A DNA stretch of 64,000 nt from the NCBI GenBank assembly GCA_951406725.2, contig OX597816.1, positions 8,804,001 through 8,868,000 of the forward strand, given 5' to 3'. The notes under the pieces were generated by a model. It ran no database searches. It was not told the DNA's origin and was given only the letters and a program-made list of their open reading frames with translations. A program made the translations under genes and the position numbers. This stretch comes from Octopus vulgaris (Eukaryota). Below, in pieces: positions 38,801 to 53,505 of this stretch. The first letter of the stretch is position 1, and each line of letters starts with the position of its first letter.

Positions 38801-41800
38801 AGTGATTTTTTTATTTACTCACATTTATGTCATAAATTATGCTTATTAGCAAAGGAAATATATTTTATATTTATTATTACAATTTATGTATAAATCTTTA
38901 GGTAAATATATTCAATAAGAATATTATATACTGAATTTATATTGAGTGCTCTACTGTATCAAAGTTGTGAAAGGTAGGAGAGTCCAGTTTGCTGGACATT
39001 GTTGTAGAGCTGAAAAAGAAGTAATTTCAACTCTTCTCCTCTGGAAGCCATCTACTCGCAATACCAGAGGGCGCACACTCTCCTACCCTGATGTAATCTC
39101 CAGGGATACAGGCATCCAGCAACAGGACCTCCGTAATGCTATGATGGACAGTGAAGTCTGGCGTAACATAGTAAATTCCATTGTCTCGACCACGGTCGAA
39201 CAATGATGATGTATCAAAGTATTAATACTATTAAAGTATTTATATATTTAATACGAGCGATATATACATATATTTTTTAATAATATATTATTATTATTAA
39301 TAAAGAAAATCAGTATCCAAACTCATCATAACGATATACCAGTGTGAAAGACATTATTGTATTAAAAATATATATAAATAAATAAATATAATGTATAAAA
39401 TAATTTTGATAATTTAAAAATTTTGAATTAATTATTTGAGCATCTTACAATCGTATTACAATTCACCTAAGAGTTATTAAGAAAAAGCCCTTTGATATTA
39501 TAAGGGACACATTTACATTAATGCTGCTGTTTTTATTTCAACCAAGCAGTCCAAAAGAACGCCTCAATCACTGATGTTGACCGCTTTTTGAATCTGCTCA
39601 GGGTTAATTCTCTTCGGTCTTATTGAGGAAGGCTAAAGAGCCAGAAACAGTGTGTCTGGAAACCTGACAGGGGGCAACACTGGGCAGGTATGATGTTTTT
39701 ACACATTTATCTATAGGAGAGAAGTTGGCGTTAGGAAGGGCATCCAGCTGTAGAAACACCGCCAGATCTGACTGGCCTGGTGCAGTCTTCGGGCTTTCCA
39801 GACCCCAGTTGAACCGTCCAACCCATGCTAGCATGGAAAGCAGACGTTAAACGATGATGATGATGATGAGAATTTTTTCTCCATGGTAACTGCAATGAAT
39901 TTGCATCTAGAAGTCAAAATATGTTGCAAACATTTTAACTAACTTGAAGTTTGTAAATTACATAAACTACAAAACTCAAATGAGTTATGTTTTTTATAAA
40001 TTTAACACCACTGATTAATGCTTCTAATTTATCCTTTCTATTTAAGGTACAAAGCCTGAAATTTTGAGGGAGAGGGGCCTAGTAGAAGAGAAAATAACTG
40101 AGGACCAAATTTATATACCCTTTACTCTTTTACTTGTTTCAGTCACCTGATTGCGGCCATGCTGGAGCACCGCCTTTTGTCGAGCAACTCGACCCCAGGA
40201 CTTATTCTTTGTAAGCCTCATACTTGTTCTATTGGTCTCTTTTGCTGAACTGCTAAGTTATGGGGACGTAAACTCACCAGCATCAGTTGTCAGGCGATGT
40301 TGGGGGTACAAACACAGACACACAAACACACACGCATATATACGACGGGCTTCTTTCAGTTTCCGTCTACCAAATCCACTCACAAGGCTTTGGTCGGTCC
40401 GAAGCTATAGTAGAAGACACTTGCCCAAGTTGCTACGCAGTGGGACTGATCCAGAACTTACCACACAGCCATTCCTGCACTTATATATTTATAGTTTTTC
40501 TGTTATGTTTATTAATAAGTTAGTGAAGGTAGTTAGAATGTATGTAAAGTAATTAGGTAAATATGAAAAGAAAAACCAACAACCTATTAACTTACCATGA
40601 CAAGATTCACAAGTGAAAGGGCATTGAGCTGTATATCCCAAAGGTACATCATTCCTAACATATCGACCAATATCATAAGAATGGTAAAAACGACAAGGAT
40701 TGCAGTGTGGAAATCAAATCCCATCAGAATGATGGTCATGACGAAGATGGATGCACAACACATCCCAATGTTGAAGATGGAGTCGTTGACGATTGATAGG
40801 TACTGCTCGTAGAACACATAGAAGACACTGGAAATAAAACAAAATTTCTTTGGTAGTCAACAACAACAACACTGCTTTCAAATTCTGGCACAAGGCTAGC
40901 AATTTTGGGGGGGAGGGGTAAAGTCGATTACATTGAGCCCAGTGCACAACTGGTACTTATGTAAATGACTCTGAAAGGAGGAAAGGTAAAGTTGACTTTA
41001 GCTCAGAATGTAAAGAAAGATGAAATGTTGCTAAACGTTTTGCCCAGCATGCTAACAATTCTGCAACTCACGGCCTTAACAACAACAACAATAATGAAAA
41101 AAAAAAAAGCATTGGCAGGGCGATACATATCCTGTATGCAGATAAATTCTTTTGCAAATTCTAGTGTGATTTACAATGTGTTGCTTATCCATAATTTTTT
41201 AATTGAACGGAATTAAGTTTTGTAAGTGTTCGACTAAAAGAGGATTAGAAGCCTAAGAATGGTGAAATTAGGAAATCAACTTGTAAATAAACGAAACCCT
41301 TGAAGCCATCACTGTATACACACACACACAGAGTCGCATATCTATGTATGTATGTGCCCACATGTGTCTATGCACATAGGTACACCATGATCTATACACG
41401 TGCAGATGAGGGCTAATTCATATGAAAAAGAAAGTGAACAAAATTAAATATTTCTATAAAATATTGCATATCAATGTCTTTCAGTGACGGCAGGTGAATC
41501 AAACATACTGTCGTTCGTTGTAGGATATAAATAATATGACCACTTGCTCATCAGTGATTTTTTTTTAATTACTGCCATTATAGGTATTTATGTATTTTGT
41601 TTTGTTGTTTGTTCCTTCTCGAGCCATGCCTGGCTCATAAGGGCCGGTTTCCCGGTTTTCTTGGCGTATAGTTTCCCCACCTGGATGGGACACCGGTCTG
41701 TCGCAGGTGAGCTGCAAGATGCAGGAGGAAAGAGTGAGAGAAAGTTGTGGCGAAAGAGTCAGCAGAAGTTTCGCCATTACCTTCTGCCGGAACTGTGTGG

Positions 41801-43869
41801 AGCTTAGGTGTTTCGCTCATAAACACACACACATCGCCCGGTCTGAGATTCGAACCCGCGATCCCCCGACCGCGAGTCCACTGCTCTAACCACTAGGCCA
41901 TGTGCCTCCACATAGGTATTTATACTCCTGTGAAATTAAGAAATCAACTCGTAAATATACAAAACCCTCAAATCCATCACTGTGCACACACATACAAGCA
42001 CATAGAGCTGCATATCTCTGTATCTATTTATGTATATTTGAAGATAATCAAACCAAATTTTTATCATTTCAAGCCACTCACCCAAAGAGTATTTCTGACA
42101 AATTTGGTGAAAATCTGTCCAGCCGTTTTCCAGTAATTTCGCAAACACACAAAGACGAGTGATTCCTTGCCATCCCTTATGCATGCAAAATGATAATAAT
42201 TTCTAGTTTCGGATCCCAAACCACAAATTTAGAAAGTACCCTTGATTAACAAGATGCTGTTCTCTAACCTACCTAGGGTAGCAGTAACCAGGTATGGGTA
42301 CACTGGGTAGTTACCCAGGATCCTTCAAGTTTAAGGACCCAATTTCAGCCAGCTTGCCACCTTAGACATATCGGCAGAATAGTTGGTGGAGATTTGTTTT
42401 TCATGGGCCCACAAATGAGATTTGAGCTTGGCAAAAGAAAGGCATGGTCTGTCACAAACTGTGCACACAAAAAGGTCACTGAGGTTCAACTTCTTGACCA
42501 CAACATTCTTCTTTAAATCTTTCTACCTACCAAATACGCTCACAAGAATTTGGTCAGCTCGGGGTTATAGTAGAAGACATTTGTCCAAGGTGCCACACAG
42601 TGAGACTGAATTTGAAATTATGTAATTGGGAAACAGGTTTCTTAACCACAGAGCCATTCCTGCAGACAAAATATGACAGAAAAATATCAAGTTATTTTCT
42701 TCTTCCCAATTAAATTTAACTTACCTGTAAGGGAAAACTTTGTATTCCCCACTAGCATTCATTGTCTTTGTAATATTTTCAGCAATTATTCGAGCGTGTT
42801 TATAAGCGTCAATATAATCAGTGGACGTCTTCAGCACCGTATGGAATGACATGAAATAGGAAGCTGGAAAAGCAAAAATATTTGAAACAAAAATTACTTT
42901 TTATCTTAAAAGGTGGAATCTATAAAAAAAAAAAAAAAAAAATGAGTGATGATGATGATGATGATGAAGAAGAAGAAGAAGAAGAAGAAGAAGAAGCCGG
43001 CGCCACCGTCACCATCTAACGTCTGCTTTTCATGCTGGCATGGGTTGAATGGTTTGACAAGAGATGGCAAGGCCAGGAGCTGCCCCAGGACCCAATTCTC
43101 TTTTTTTGGCATGGTTTCAATGGCGGGACACCCTTCCTAACACTAACCACTTTGCAGAATGTACTGCGTGCTTTTTACACAGCACCATCACCAGTGCTTT
43201 TTACACCCTATCAAACCATTCAACTCATGCAGTACAACAAGTAGACATTAAATGATGAGGAGGCTGATGAAGATCAATTTCAAATATAAGCTAACTTTTA
43301 CGTTATTTACAATGGATGAGGAGGTGTCCTCACCTTGTTTGTTGTTACCACAATGTTTCGGCTGATGTATTCTCCAGCCTTCATCAGGTGTTCTGGCGGA
43401 ATTTCCAACCCAACCCTTTATTTGACTAATGGGGTACATCCTAAGGTATGTTGCTGGTATTTTTTTCTGTTGATATTATTTTTCAAGTCTCTGCCTGGGA
43501 TTGAACTTAGAATCCGAGGGTTAGTAGCCTGAGCTCTTATCCACTATGATGTGATAACAAGATGAGGACACCTATCTGTCCGCCAGTGCCGCCTGACTGG
43601 CGTCTGTGTTGGTGACACGTAAAAAGCACCAACCGATCGTGGCCGTTTGCCAGCCTGCTCTGACTCCTGTGCCGGTGGCACGTAAAAAACACCCACTACA
43701 CTCATGAAGTGGTTGGCGTTAGGAAGGGCATCCAGTTGTAGAAACACTGCCAGATCAGATTGGAGCCTGGTGCAGCCTCCTGGCTTTCCAGACCCCGGTT
43801 GAACCGTCCAACCCATGCTAGCATGGAAAACGGACGTTATCTGATGATGATGATATATGAATTATATAT

Positions 43870-43902
<33 letters not shown>

Positions 43903-44585
43903 CTGGATACTCACTTCAACTAATTCTATACAATAAAGAAGAGTGCAACTAATTCTTATGGCAACTACAGCTTAGACATTAAGAGTAGAATGAACTTGCT
44001 GTGGTGGTGGTGGTGGAGGGGGAAGAGATGAAAAGCTAATGTTTCAAAGAGAGTCGTTCTTCAGGAAAAAGTTGACAGGAGAGAAAAGAATGAGAGACAG
44101 TAAGTGAGTGGGAGAGGAAGAAGGAAAGGCAAGTGGGAGGAGTGGGTGAAGTTACGAAGAAGGTTAAGGGAAAAAAGATGAGGTGAGAGAAGAGTTGAAG
44201 GATAAGAAAGGGTTTAATAAACTAAGAGAAGGTACTGAAGCAAAATGAAAAGTGTTCATTCACACCTTTCGGTGACATGGTACCAAGTTTAAATATATAT
44301 ATATATATATTTACAAGATAAGGGCAGAAGAAAATTGGACCAATATGGTAATAACAAATTTTTTAGAGATTTCTATCGGTTTGTTTCGAGACGCATAAAT
44401 TTAATGGTTATCGACAATTTTTTGTTTTGGCGTATCTGGCATTAGAATTTTTCTTCTGCCCTTATCTTGTAAATTATGTATAAATTTTACCTTCAAAGGC
44501 ATTTTTTGATATGCTGGCCATTGATAAAAATTTTTTCCCGAAAAAATTTTTATCCTATATCAATTATATATATATATATATATAC

Positions 44586-44617
<32 letters not shown>

Positions 44618-47600
44618 TGATGAAATTATTGTATACAGTGCTCAGGTGCACCACAACTTGTCAGAAAGTGCATATAAAGCACATGCAGTAATGTACAAAT
44701 GTCTGGAAAGTGAACAGTGTATGAGTCAGATACATGCTTGCGTGTGTATGGAGGGGAGAAAATCAGGTGTAGTGCTTCCTGAGATTCACCAACACTACAC
44801 CTGATTTTCTCCCCCTCCATACACACGCATGCATGTATCTGACTCATACACTGTTCACTTCCCAGACATTTGTACATTACTGCAAATGCTTTATACACAC
44901 TTTTGACAAGTTGTGGTGCACCTGAGCACTGTATACAATAATTTCATTATTATTTTTTTTTAAAAGGTTAAAACAGGGAATTTGTACACTAGAACCAAGG
45001 ACAGTCTGAGATGGGTTGGTATCAAGAGTGTTGATGTACAGAATTGGACAAATCATATTCAACTCACATAATACTTCAGTTTTATTTTTGTTAAACTTGA
45101 GAGCCGTAGCATATGCACCATGACCTCTGCAAAATAAATTTGAAAAGACATCCGAGATTAGTATAAAATTACATTAAAAAAAAAAATTTTAATATTTGTT
45201 TAGTGCGCTCATGGTTCTGCCATCTGCCCCTGCCTTGCTGGCTTCTAATATCAATTGATGCTAATTGATGCACAAGGCCAGAAATTTTGGGAGCGGGAAC
45301 AAGTTGATTAAATCAACCTCCAGTACTTGGTTGATTCATATTTTATTGATCCTAAAAGGAAGAAAAGCAAAAGTTGAACTTGGTGGAATTTGAACTCAGA
45401 ACATAAAGTCAAACAAATTCCTATTTCTTTACTACCCACAAAGGGCTAAACACAGAGAGGACAAACAAGGACAGACAAACGGATTAAGTCGATTATATCG
45501 ACCCCAGTGTGTAACTGGTACTTATTTAATCGACCCCAAAAGTATGAAAGGCAAAGTTGACCTCGGCGGAATTTTAACTGAGAACGTAGCGGCAGACGAA
45601 ATACCTATTTCTTTACTACCCAAAAGGGGCTAAACAAGGACAGATAAACAGATTAAGTCGATTACATCGACCCAAGTGTGTAACTGGTACTTATTTAATT
45701 GGCCCCGAAAGGATGAAAAGCAAAGTTGACCTCTGCAGAATTTGAACTCAGAACGTAGCGGCAGACGAAATACCGCTAAGCATTTCACCTGGCATGCTAA
45801 CGTTTCTGCCAGCTCGCCGCCTTATATAGTCAAACAAATACCACTTAGTATTTTATCTATCATGCTAATGGTTCTGCCAGCTCACTGCCTTATAATATTA
45901 AGAAAAGTTTCTTTTATTTGAAAAGAGAAATGAGGAAAGCTTCTAACAATGCAGAGATGAAAGTTGAAAAAACCTTTAACCCTTTCATTACTGTATTTAT
46001 TTTAAGATGCTCTGTGTTTCTTTCAATTAATTTGAAATATAACAAAGAATTTAGTAAAATAACTTAGTTATGATTCAGCTAGTGTTAGGAACATAAATTG
46101 TGACTAAGGTTTGGTGGAAGATTTTAATTCAAAACATGAAAACAAGACATTTGTACTCAGATCCAGAGCCGGTTTCAGCTGGGTTGGTAACGAAAGGCTT
46201 AAATATTTCAGGTGAGGATTTTTTTCAACTTTCGTCTCTGCATTCTTAGAAGCTTTCCTCGTTTCTCTTTTCATTTATTATTCTACTTCTGCACTACAAT
46301 GCTTCAAGCAAACTACAACACTCTTATTTGTCATAAAGACTAATACTGATGATACACAGATGGCTTTTCTAAAATTGATTTAAATTTACGTCATACAAAC
46401 ATAAGTTTGCTTTTGAAGCAGTGAAATGAATTGTAGAACAAGGAGAAAGATAAATTTTTTTCAACACATAAATATTGAACAGTATATATCTTCTATCTAT
46501 ATAAAGCTGAAGTTGTCTGTGTGTGGCAGGTTTGGTAGCCTTCAGCTAACACTTTCTCCGCCGAGACCCTGCGGTGCAAGTTGACCAAAATTGAGAGTAT
46601 GATAGAAGAAGGCTTGCTCTTCCTTCCGTAGAAGAAAAAAATTCAAATCGGACCATGTTAACACCAAAAATTATTTACATCAAAAAGGTGCTTTTTTTTT
46701 TCTATGAAAATCCCTATTTTTTTACGATTTTTTGACTGCTGTGTTGCCATTTCTCGGTGTATTTCAACCAGAAAAATGTTCACTGAAAGAGAATAACAAG
46801 CTACATAATGCAAAATTTTCGCTTTTCAAAAATTCCAATTCTAAAGGGTTGAAACAAACCTGAGCAACACGGGGCGATACTGCTAATAAAGGATAAAAAC
46901 CCTTTTAAGAGCAGAAAAATTTGCCAGCAACTGCTCTTATCTTTTATATATACTGCTTTTATCCTTTATATATACTGTTCAGTATTTACGTGTTGAAAGA
47001 AATTTATCTTTCTACTTGTTTTAACTTTAATTGAAAGCTAGATGTTACTGAAAACTAACTCACCCTTTGGAACACTGCACACTGGGTATAGCATCCAAAA
47101 ACCATGGTAAATATTTCTTGAAATCTTCCGGACTTGGTCGATTGCCTTCCATTTTCACTTTACATGGAACACAGTCAGGATTAACAACTGTAAACAGAAA
47201 TGGTTGAGGGGAAATGAATGGAACAATATCGGAAGCGTCTTTTATCTTTTGTTTCAGCCATTGGTCCGTGGCTATGCTGGAGCACTGCCTCTAAAGGCTT
47301 TAATCAAACAAATCGACCCCAGTAGATTTTTTAAAAATCTGGTACTTATTCTATTGGTCTCTTTTGCCAAACAGCTAAGTTATATGGATGTAAACAAACC
47401 AACACTGGTTGTCAACACACACAGAGTCTTAACATCCACATTAATTCCCACTCACATAGATGGCATGCCTTTCCTATCACCAACCCACACTTGTATCCAT
47501 GGAAACGAACGACACTGCACCAGCCATTATTCACAAACCTTCCTTTAACCCTTTCGTTACCATATTTCTGTTGAGATGTTCGTTGTTTCTTTCAATTAAT

Positions 47601-48952
47601 TTTAAGTATAACAAAGAATTTAGTAAAATAACTTCGTTATCATTAAGCTAGTGTTAAGAACATAAATTGTGACTAAGGTTTGCTGGAAGATTTTAATTCA
47701 GAACTTATGGAAACAAGACATTTGTACTACAGGGCCAGAGGGGGTTTCAGCCGGGTTGGTATCAAAAGGGTGAAAGATGTCAACCTTCTGTTTCTCTGGC
47801 AGACGTAGAGTAGCAGATATTGGTTTCAAATTTTGGTACAAAGCCAGAAATTTTAAGGGTAGGGTAAGTCGATAAACCCCAATGTTCAACTGGTAATTAT
47901 TTTATCAACCCCGAAAGGATGAAAGGCAAAGTCGACCTTGGCAGAATTTGAACTCAGAATGCTGCTAAGAACTTTGGTGTACTCATGATTCTGACAGAGT
48001 GCTGCTTTAAAGAGAAGAACAGAACTGCCTTGATTTCAGTAGCCATGGTCAGAGACACAAACATCATGGACACAACATTTCCTTCCTGATTAGGTCTTTT
48101 ACTTGTTTCAGCCATTGGACTGTGGCCATGCTGGGGCATCACCTTCAAGGGTTTTATTTGAACAGACTGACCCCTCACCCCCACTCTAATACTTATTTTT
48201 AAGTCTGGCACTCATTCTATTAGTTTCTTTTGCAGAACTGCTAAGTCACAGGGATATAAACAAACCCACACTGCTTGTCAGATGGAGGTTGTGATATGGG
48301 GAGGACAAACATAAACACTGGCACAAAGACACACACACACACACGCACACATGCATGCATGATGGGCTTCCACACAATTTCCATTTACCAAATCCACTAA
48401 CAAGGTATTGGTTGGACAGTGACCAGAGTAGAAGATGCTTGGCCAAGGTGTTGTGCAGTGGGATTGAAACTAAAACCAAAGGAGTTAAGAAGCAAAATGA
48501 GCTTCTTACTCTCTAATGAAAATCAGCTGCAAACACCATCATCATCATCGTTTAACGTCCATTTTCCACGCTAGTATGGGTTGGATGGTTCGACCGGGGT
48601 CTGGGAAGCCAGGAGGCCGCACCAGGCCCCAGTCTGATCTGGCAGTGTTTCTACAGCTGGATGCCCTTCCACAATCGGTTGGTGCTTTTTTACGTGCCAC
48701 CATCACGGAAGCCAGTCGAGGTGGTGCTGGCATCGGCTACGTTCGGATGGTGCTTTTTACGTGCCACCATCACGGAAGCCAGTCAAGGTGGTGCTGGCAT
48801 CGGCTACGTTCGGATGGTGCTTTTTATGTGCCACCATCACGGAAGCCAGTCAAGGTGGTGCTGGCATCGGCTACGTTCGGATGGTGCTTTTTACGTGCCA
48901 TTGGCACAGGTATCACAACTACAATTTCCATATGATATTTTACAATGAAAAA

Positions 48953-48994
<42 letters not shown>

Positions 48995-50196
48995 AAGCAA
49001 AACAAATTACCATCAGAATCACAGAACTTTCCAGTGGATTTATAGTAACGGCAACATGGATTCTGGGTATCTGGGTTGATCCAGTCAAAATAATCATCAA
49101 GCCAAGAGGACGAAGACTTGGCAATTCGAGTGCTTTCAAAAAAAAAAAGTAATTCAGAAAATGAGAAATAAAGATTTCAGACATAGGCGCACAAATAAAT
49201 ATTGGAGGCACGTGGCTTAGTGGTTAGGGTGTTGGACACAGGATCATAAGATTGTGGTTTCGATTCTTGGACTGCGAAATGCGTTGTGTTCTTAAGCGAA
49301 ACATTTCATTTCATGTTGTTCCGGTCCACTCAGCTGGCAAAAATAGGTCGTCCAAGTAATGGACCAGCATCCCATCCAGGGAGGAGGATATATGCCAGAA
49401 AAACCGGCAAGCACAGGCCCTATGCCGCTTGTGGAATAATGGGGCCAAATAAATGAAATAAATGAAGAGACAACTAAAAATAAATAAAGATGCATCAAAA
49501 ATATATTCAAACCCAATGTGTCAGGCCATAATAATTTTCGGTGGTGCTACATAATAGGCACTGAGTACATTCTGTAGAGTGGTTGGCATTAGGAAGGACA
49601 TCCAGCTATTGACACCAGGCCAGAACTGCTAAATGGAGCCAGGTATAACTCTCTAGCAGGCTAGCTCTTGTCAAACTGTCCAACCCATGCCAGCATGGAA
49701 AACACTAAAATAATAATAATAATAGTGGTATAAAAGATGGGCTACAGCAAATATTCTGCTCAATACCACAGATTCGCTTGTCAGTTGCTTAATTTTAACC
49801 AATTGAGTATGTCCCTTAGTGGCTGACGATATTTGCATCTCTGATCACGAGCAGAAGTAGTGGGGGAGCATCATAGCCGTGTGTTGAGAGGGATTGTTTG
49901 GGGTTTGGATAATTCACCTTTGGAAACAGGGGTGGTTCGTTCAACATCCTTAAACAATCCTTATTCAGGGACCTTTTGAGCGGAATGGGCTACTCGACCA
50001 GAAGAAAATTCTAATTGGGCCCCACCTGCAAGGTCATGTGCTGTTTAACTTGATATGAGATCACCATGTTGCGCACATATGGTTGTGATGCATGTGCCTA
50101 GTGTACCCTTATCAGACGGGTAGTCATGATGGGTATACTGGGCTTTGTATATTTTACCCCAGTGTCACTTTGATGGCATGCACTGCTCTCTCACTC

Positions 50197-50227
<31 letters not shown>

Positions 50228-53200
50228 TGGTGATGATTTTTAACAGTTCAACATGTGGAACATTCCATTTCCTTGATATTAGAGACAAACCACATTAAAT
50301 AATTAATGCATTCAAAAATTACTTACTAATTTTGCTGCATGGAAGCTACAAAAACTTGTCCTTCCAAAGAATCTGAGTTGCAACCTGTAACACCACAGAA
50401 TTTGTTTTGGTTTTCTATCAACGAATAATCCACCTCGTTTTGCACAACAAAATAAACAGGGGGTCCTATCGACAGGTATTCGGACAGGTTATGGAAATAT
50501 TGCAGAACATAGGAATCCTGAAAATTAGAAAAAAAGAAAACAAATTTTGTTGAACACATCTGGATAATGAGGGGGGGGGCACTGCAGAGTTTTGATAGTT
50601 TAAACCCCCATTACTCAACCATGAAAGGATCAAAAGCCAAGTGGAATTTGAACTCAGAATCTAAGTCCAGATGAAATGCCACTAAGCATTTTGCCCAGTG
50701 TTGCTAACAATTCTGCCAGCTCAGCGACTTAATAATAACAACAACAACAATAATAATGGCTTCAAATTTTGCCACAAGGGTAGCCATATTTTGTAGGGAG
50801 GGGACGAGTCGATTATATCGAACCCAGTGTTTCACTGGTACTTAATTTATTGACCTCAAAAGGATGAAAGGCAAAGTCAACCTTGGCAGAATTTCAACAC
50901 AGAAAGTTGGCGTCAGGAAGGGTTGGCGTTAGGAAGGGCATCCAGCTGTAGAAACACTGCCAGATTTGACTGGGCCTGATGAAGCCTTCTGGCTTCACAG
51001 ACCCCAGTAGAACCGTCCAACCCATGCTAGCATGGAAAGCGGACGCTAAACGATGATGATGATGATGATGAAAGTGAACACAAACAAATACCTCTAAGCA
51101 TTTTGCCCAGCATGCTAATGATTCTGCCAGCTAATAATAATAATAATCCTTTCTATTATAGGCTCAACGCCTGAAGTTTTGGGGGAGAGGGCAACTAGTC
51201 AATTACATTGATCCCGAGAATTTCAATGGCACTTAATTCATCGACCCTGAAAGGATGAAAGGCAAAGTCAACCTCGGCGGAATTTGAACCTAGAATGTAG
51301 CAATGGGCGAAATACCTATTTCTCTATTACCCACAAGGGGCTAAACACAGAGGGGACAAACAAGGACAGACATAGGTATTAAGTCGATTACATCGACCCC
51401 AGTGCGTAACTGGTACTTAATTTATCGACCCCGAAAGGATGAAAGGCAAAGTCGACCTCGGCGGAATTTGAACTCACAACGTAGCGACAGACGAAATACC
51501 GCTAAGCATTTCGCCCGGTGTGCTAACGATTCTCCCAGCTTGCCGCTTTAACAACAACAATAATAATAATAATAATAATAATAATTCTACAATAGGCACA
51601 AAGCCTAAAATTCTGTGTGGAAGGGGCTATTCGATAACAATAGTCAACTGGTACTTATTGTGTTGACCCTGAGAGGATGAATAAAACAGAATTGCTTTTT
51701 CAGCATGTGTTTAACACACTGCAATTTTTACACAAAACAGAAGTTGAGGATTTCATGCCTTTCTCAAAGGTTTCCAAGTTCTACATTAAGTACCAGATAA
51801 AGTAAGTGTAAAAGAATTTAGGAATCCAAATGCCAATATTTAAGGTTCTTGAACAGAAACGGGGGCACTAACATGAAAAACTTCTATCTTTGACTCAAGA
51901 TCAAAAATTGGTGGGGCGGGTATTTAGACAGTTTAATCAAGACCAAAACTCGATTGGTGCTTTTGTTTTATATTTTGATCAGTCCCTGGATGGATAAAAA
52001 AAAGTATGATGTAGCTGGATTTGAACTTGTGACTACATACAAGACATTCTACCATTTTTAACATTCTTCATAATAATAACAATTATTTCTGAATTGGGTA
52101 CAAGGCTAGCAATTTAGAAGGGTGGAATAGTTGTTGATGCCAGCAACACCAGTATGTGACTGGTACTTTATCTAATTTGGAAAGATGAAAAGCAAAATTG
52201 ACTTTGGCAGCATTTGAACTCAGAAAGTTAAAAATCAGAACAAATGCTGAAATGATTTTTCTCCCACTGCTCTAATGATTCTGGCAGCTCATTGCCTTCT
52301 CAATAATAATAATCTATATACATAAAGCTGAAGTTGTCTGTGTGTGTGTATGGCAGGTTTGGTAGCCTTCAACTAACACTATCTCCTCCAAGACCCTGCA
52401 GCGCAAAGTTGACCAAAATTGAGAGTATGATAGAAGAAGGCTTGCTCTTCCTTCCGTAGAAGATAAAATTCAAATCGGACCATGTTAACACCAAACATTA
52501 TTTACATCAAAAAGATGCTTTTTTCCTATGAAAATCTCTATTTTTTTTTACAATTATTTGACTGCTGTGTTGCCATTTTTTGGTGTATTTCAACCAGAAC
52601 ATCAAGCCACATAATGCAAAATTTTTACTTTTCAAAAATTCCAATTCTAAAGGGTCAAAACAAACCCGAGCAATGCCGGGCGATACTGCTAGTAATAATA
52701 ATAATAATAATTTCCAGCACAGGTACAAGACAAGGAACTTGGCAGGAAAAGGGTGCAGGGTTTTAGTCAATTAAACTCACCTGCAGTACTCAATTGGAAT
52801 TTTATTACTCAACCACTTTAATAACGAAAAGCAAAGTTGATCACAGCATGATTCGAACTCAGAGCAATAGCAACCTTAACCTTTTAGCATTCAGATTATT
52901 CTGTCAAATGTTTTGAATTAATCAGATTTATCAGTAGAGCTCTACTGATTCTGCTGATGCACATTTAAGAAAAAAAGACAATGAAATGTAAAAATAATTA
53001 AATAAACCTTACCTTTGGCATTGACAAACTTTGGTCTAAACCAATTTCTACACGCATCATCAGAGCACCAGAAATGCAGAACCAGAGAGAGAACACAACC
53101 ATCTGCAATAGAATAGACATCATCATTATTCAACATGTTTCCTATGATAGTATGATTTCTATGATAGTTGGACTATGTATATATACATATATCTATATAT

Positions 53201-53358
53201 ATATATATGTATATATATGAAGGGAGAGTTTACAAAAAAAAAACAACAAAAGACGAAGACAGGTGGTGTACAATACGGGAACAGAAAATGTCTTTTACGT
53301 TTCGAGCCTACGCTCTTGTACAGAAAGGGACACAGAAAAAACAAGGAGAGAAACAAGG

Positions 53359-53400
<42 letters not shown>

Positions 53401-53459
53401 ATTTATTGTTTCCACACCAGTGTCTGTCTTTTGTTTTTTGTACAGTTTTGAACAACTAT

Positions 53460-53505
<46 letters not shown>

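Noticed and set aside
41835-41911. tRNA gene
   Set aside because: It is the head of a SINE with a body, a tail and a 12-bp TSD.
48681-48900. CRISPR-like regular array (also 7520-7810)
   Set aside because: The 'spacers' are identical or homologous, the array lies inside a dispersed SINE, there are no cas genes, and the context is eukaryotic.
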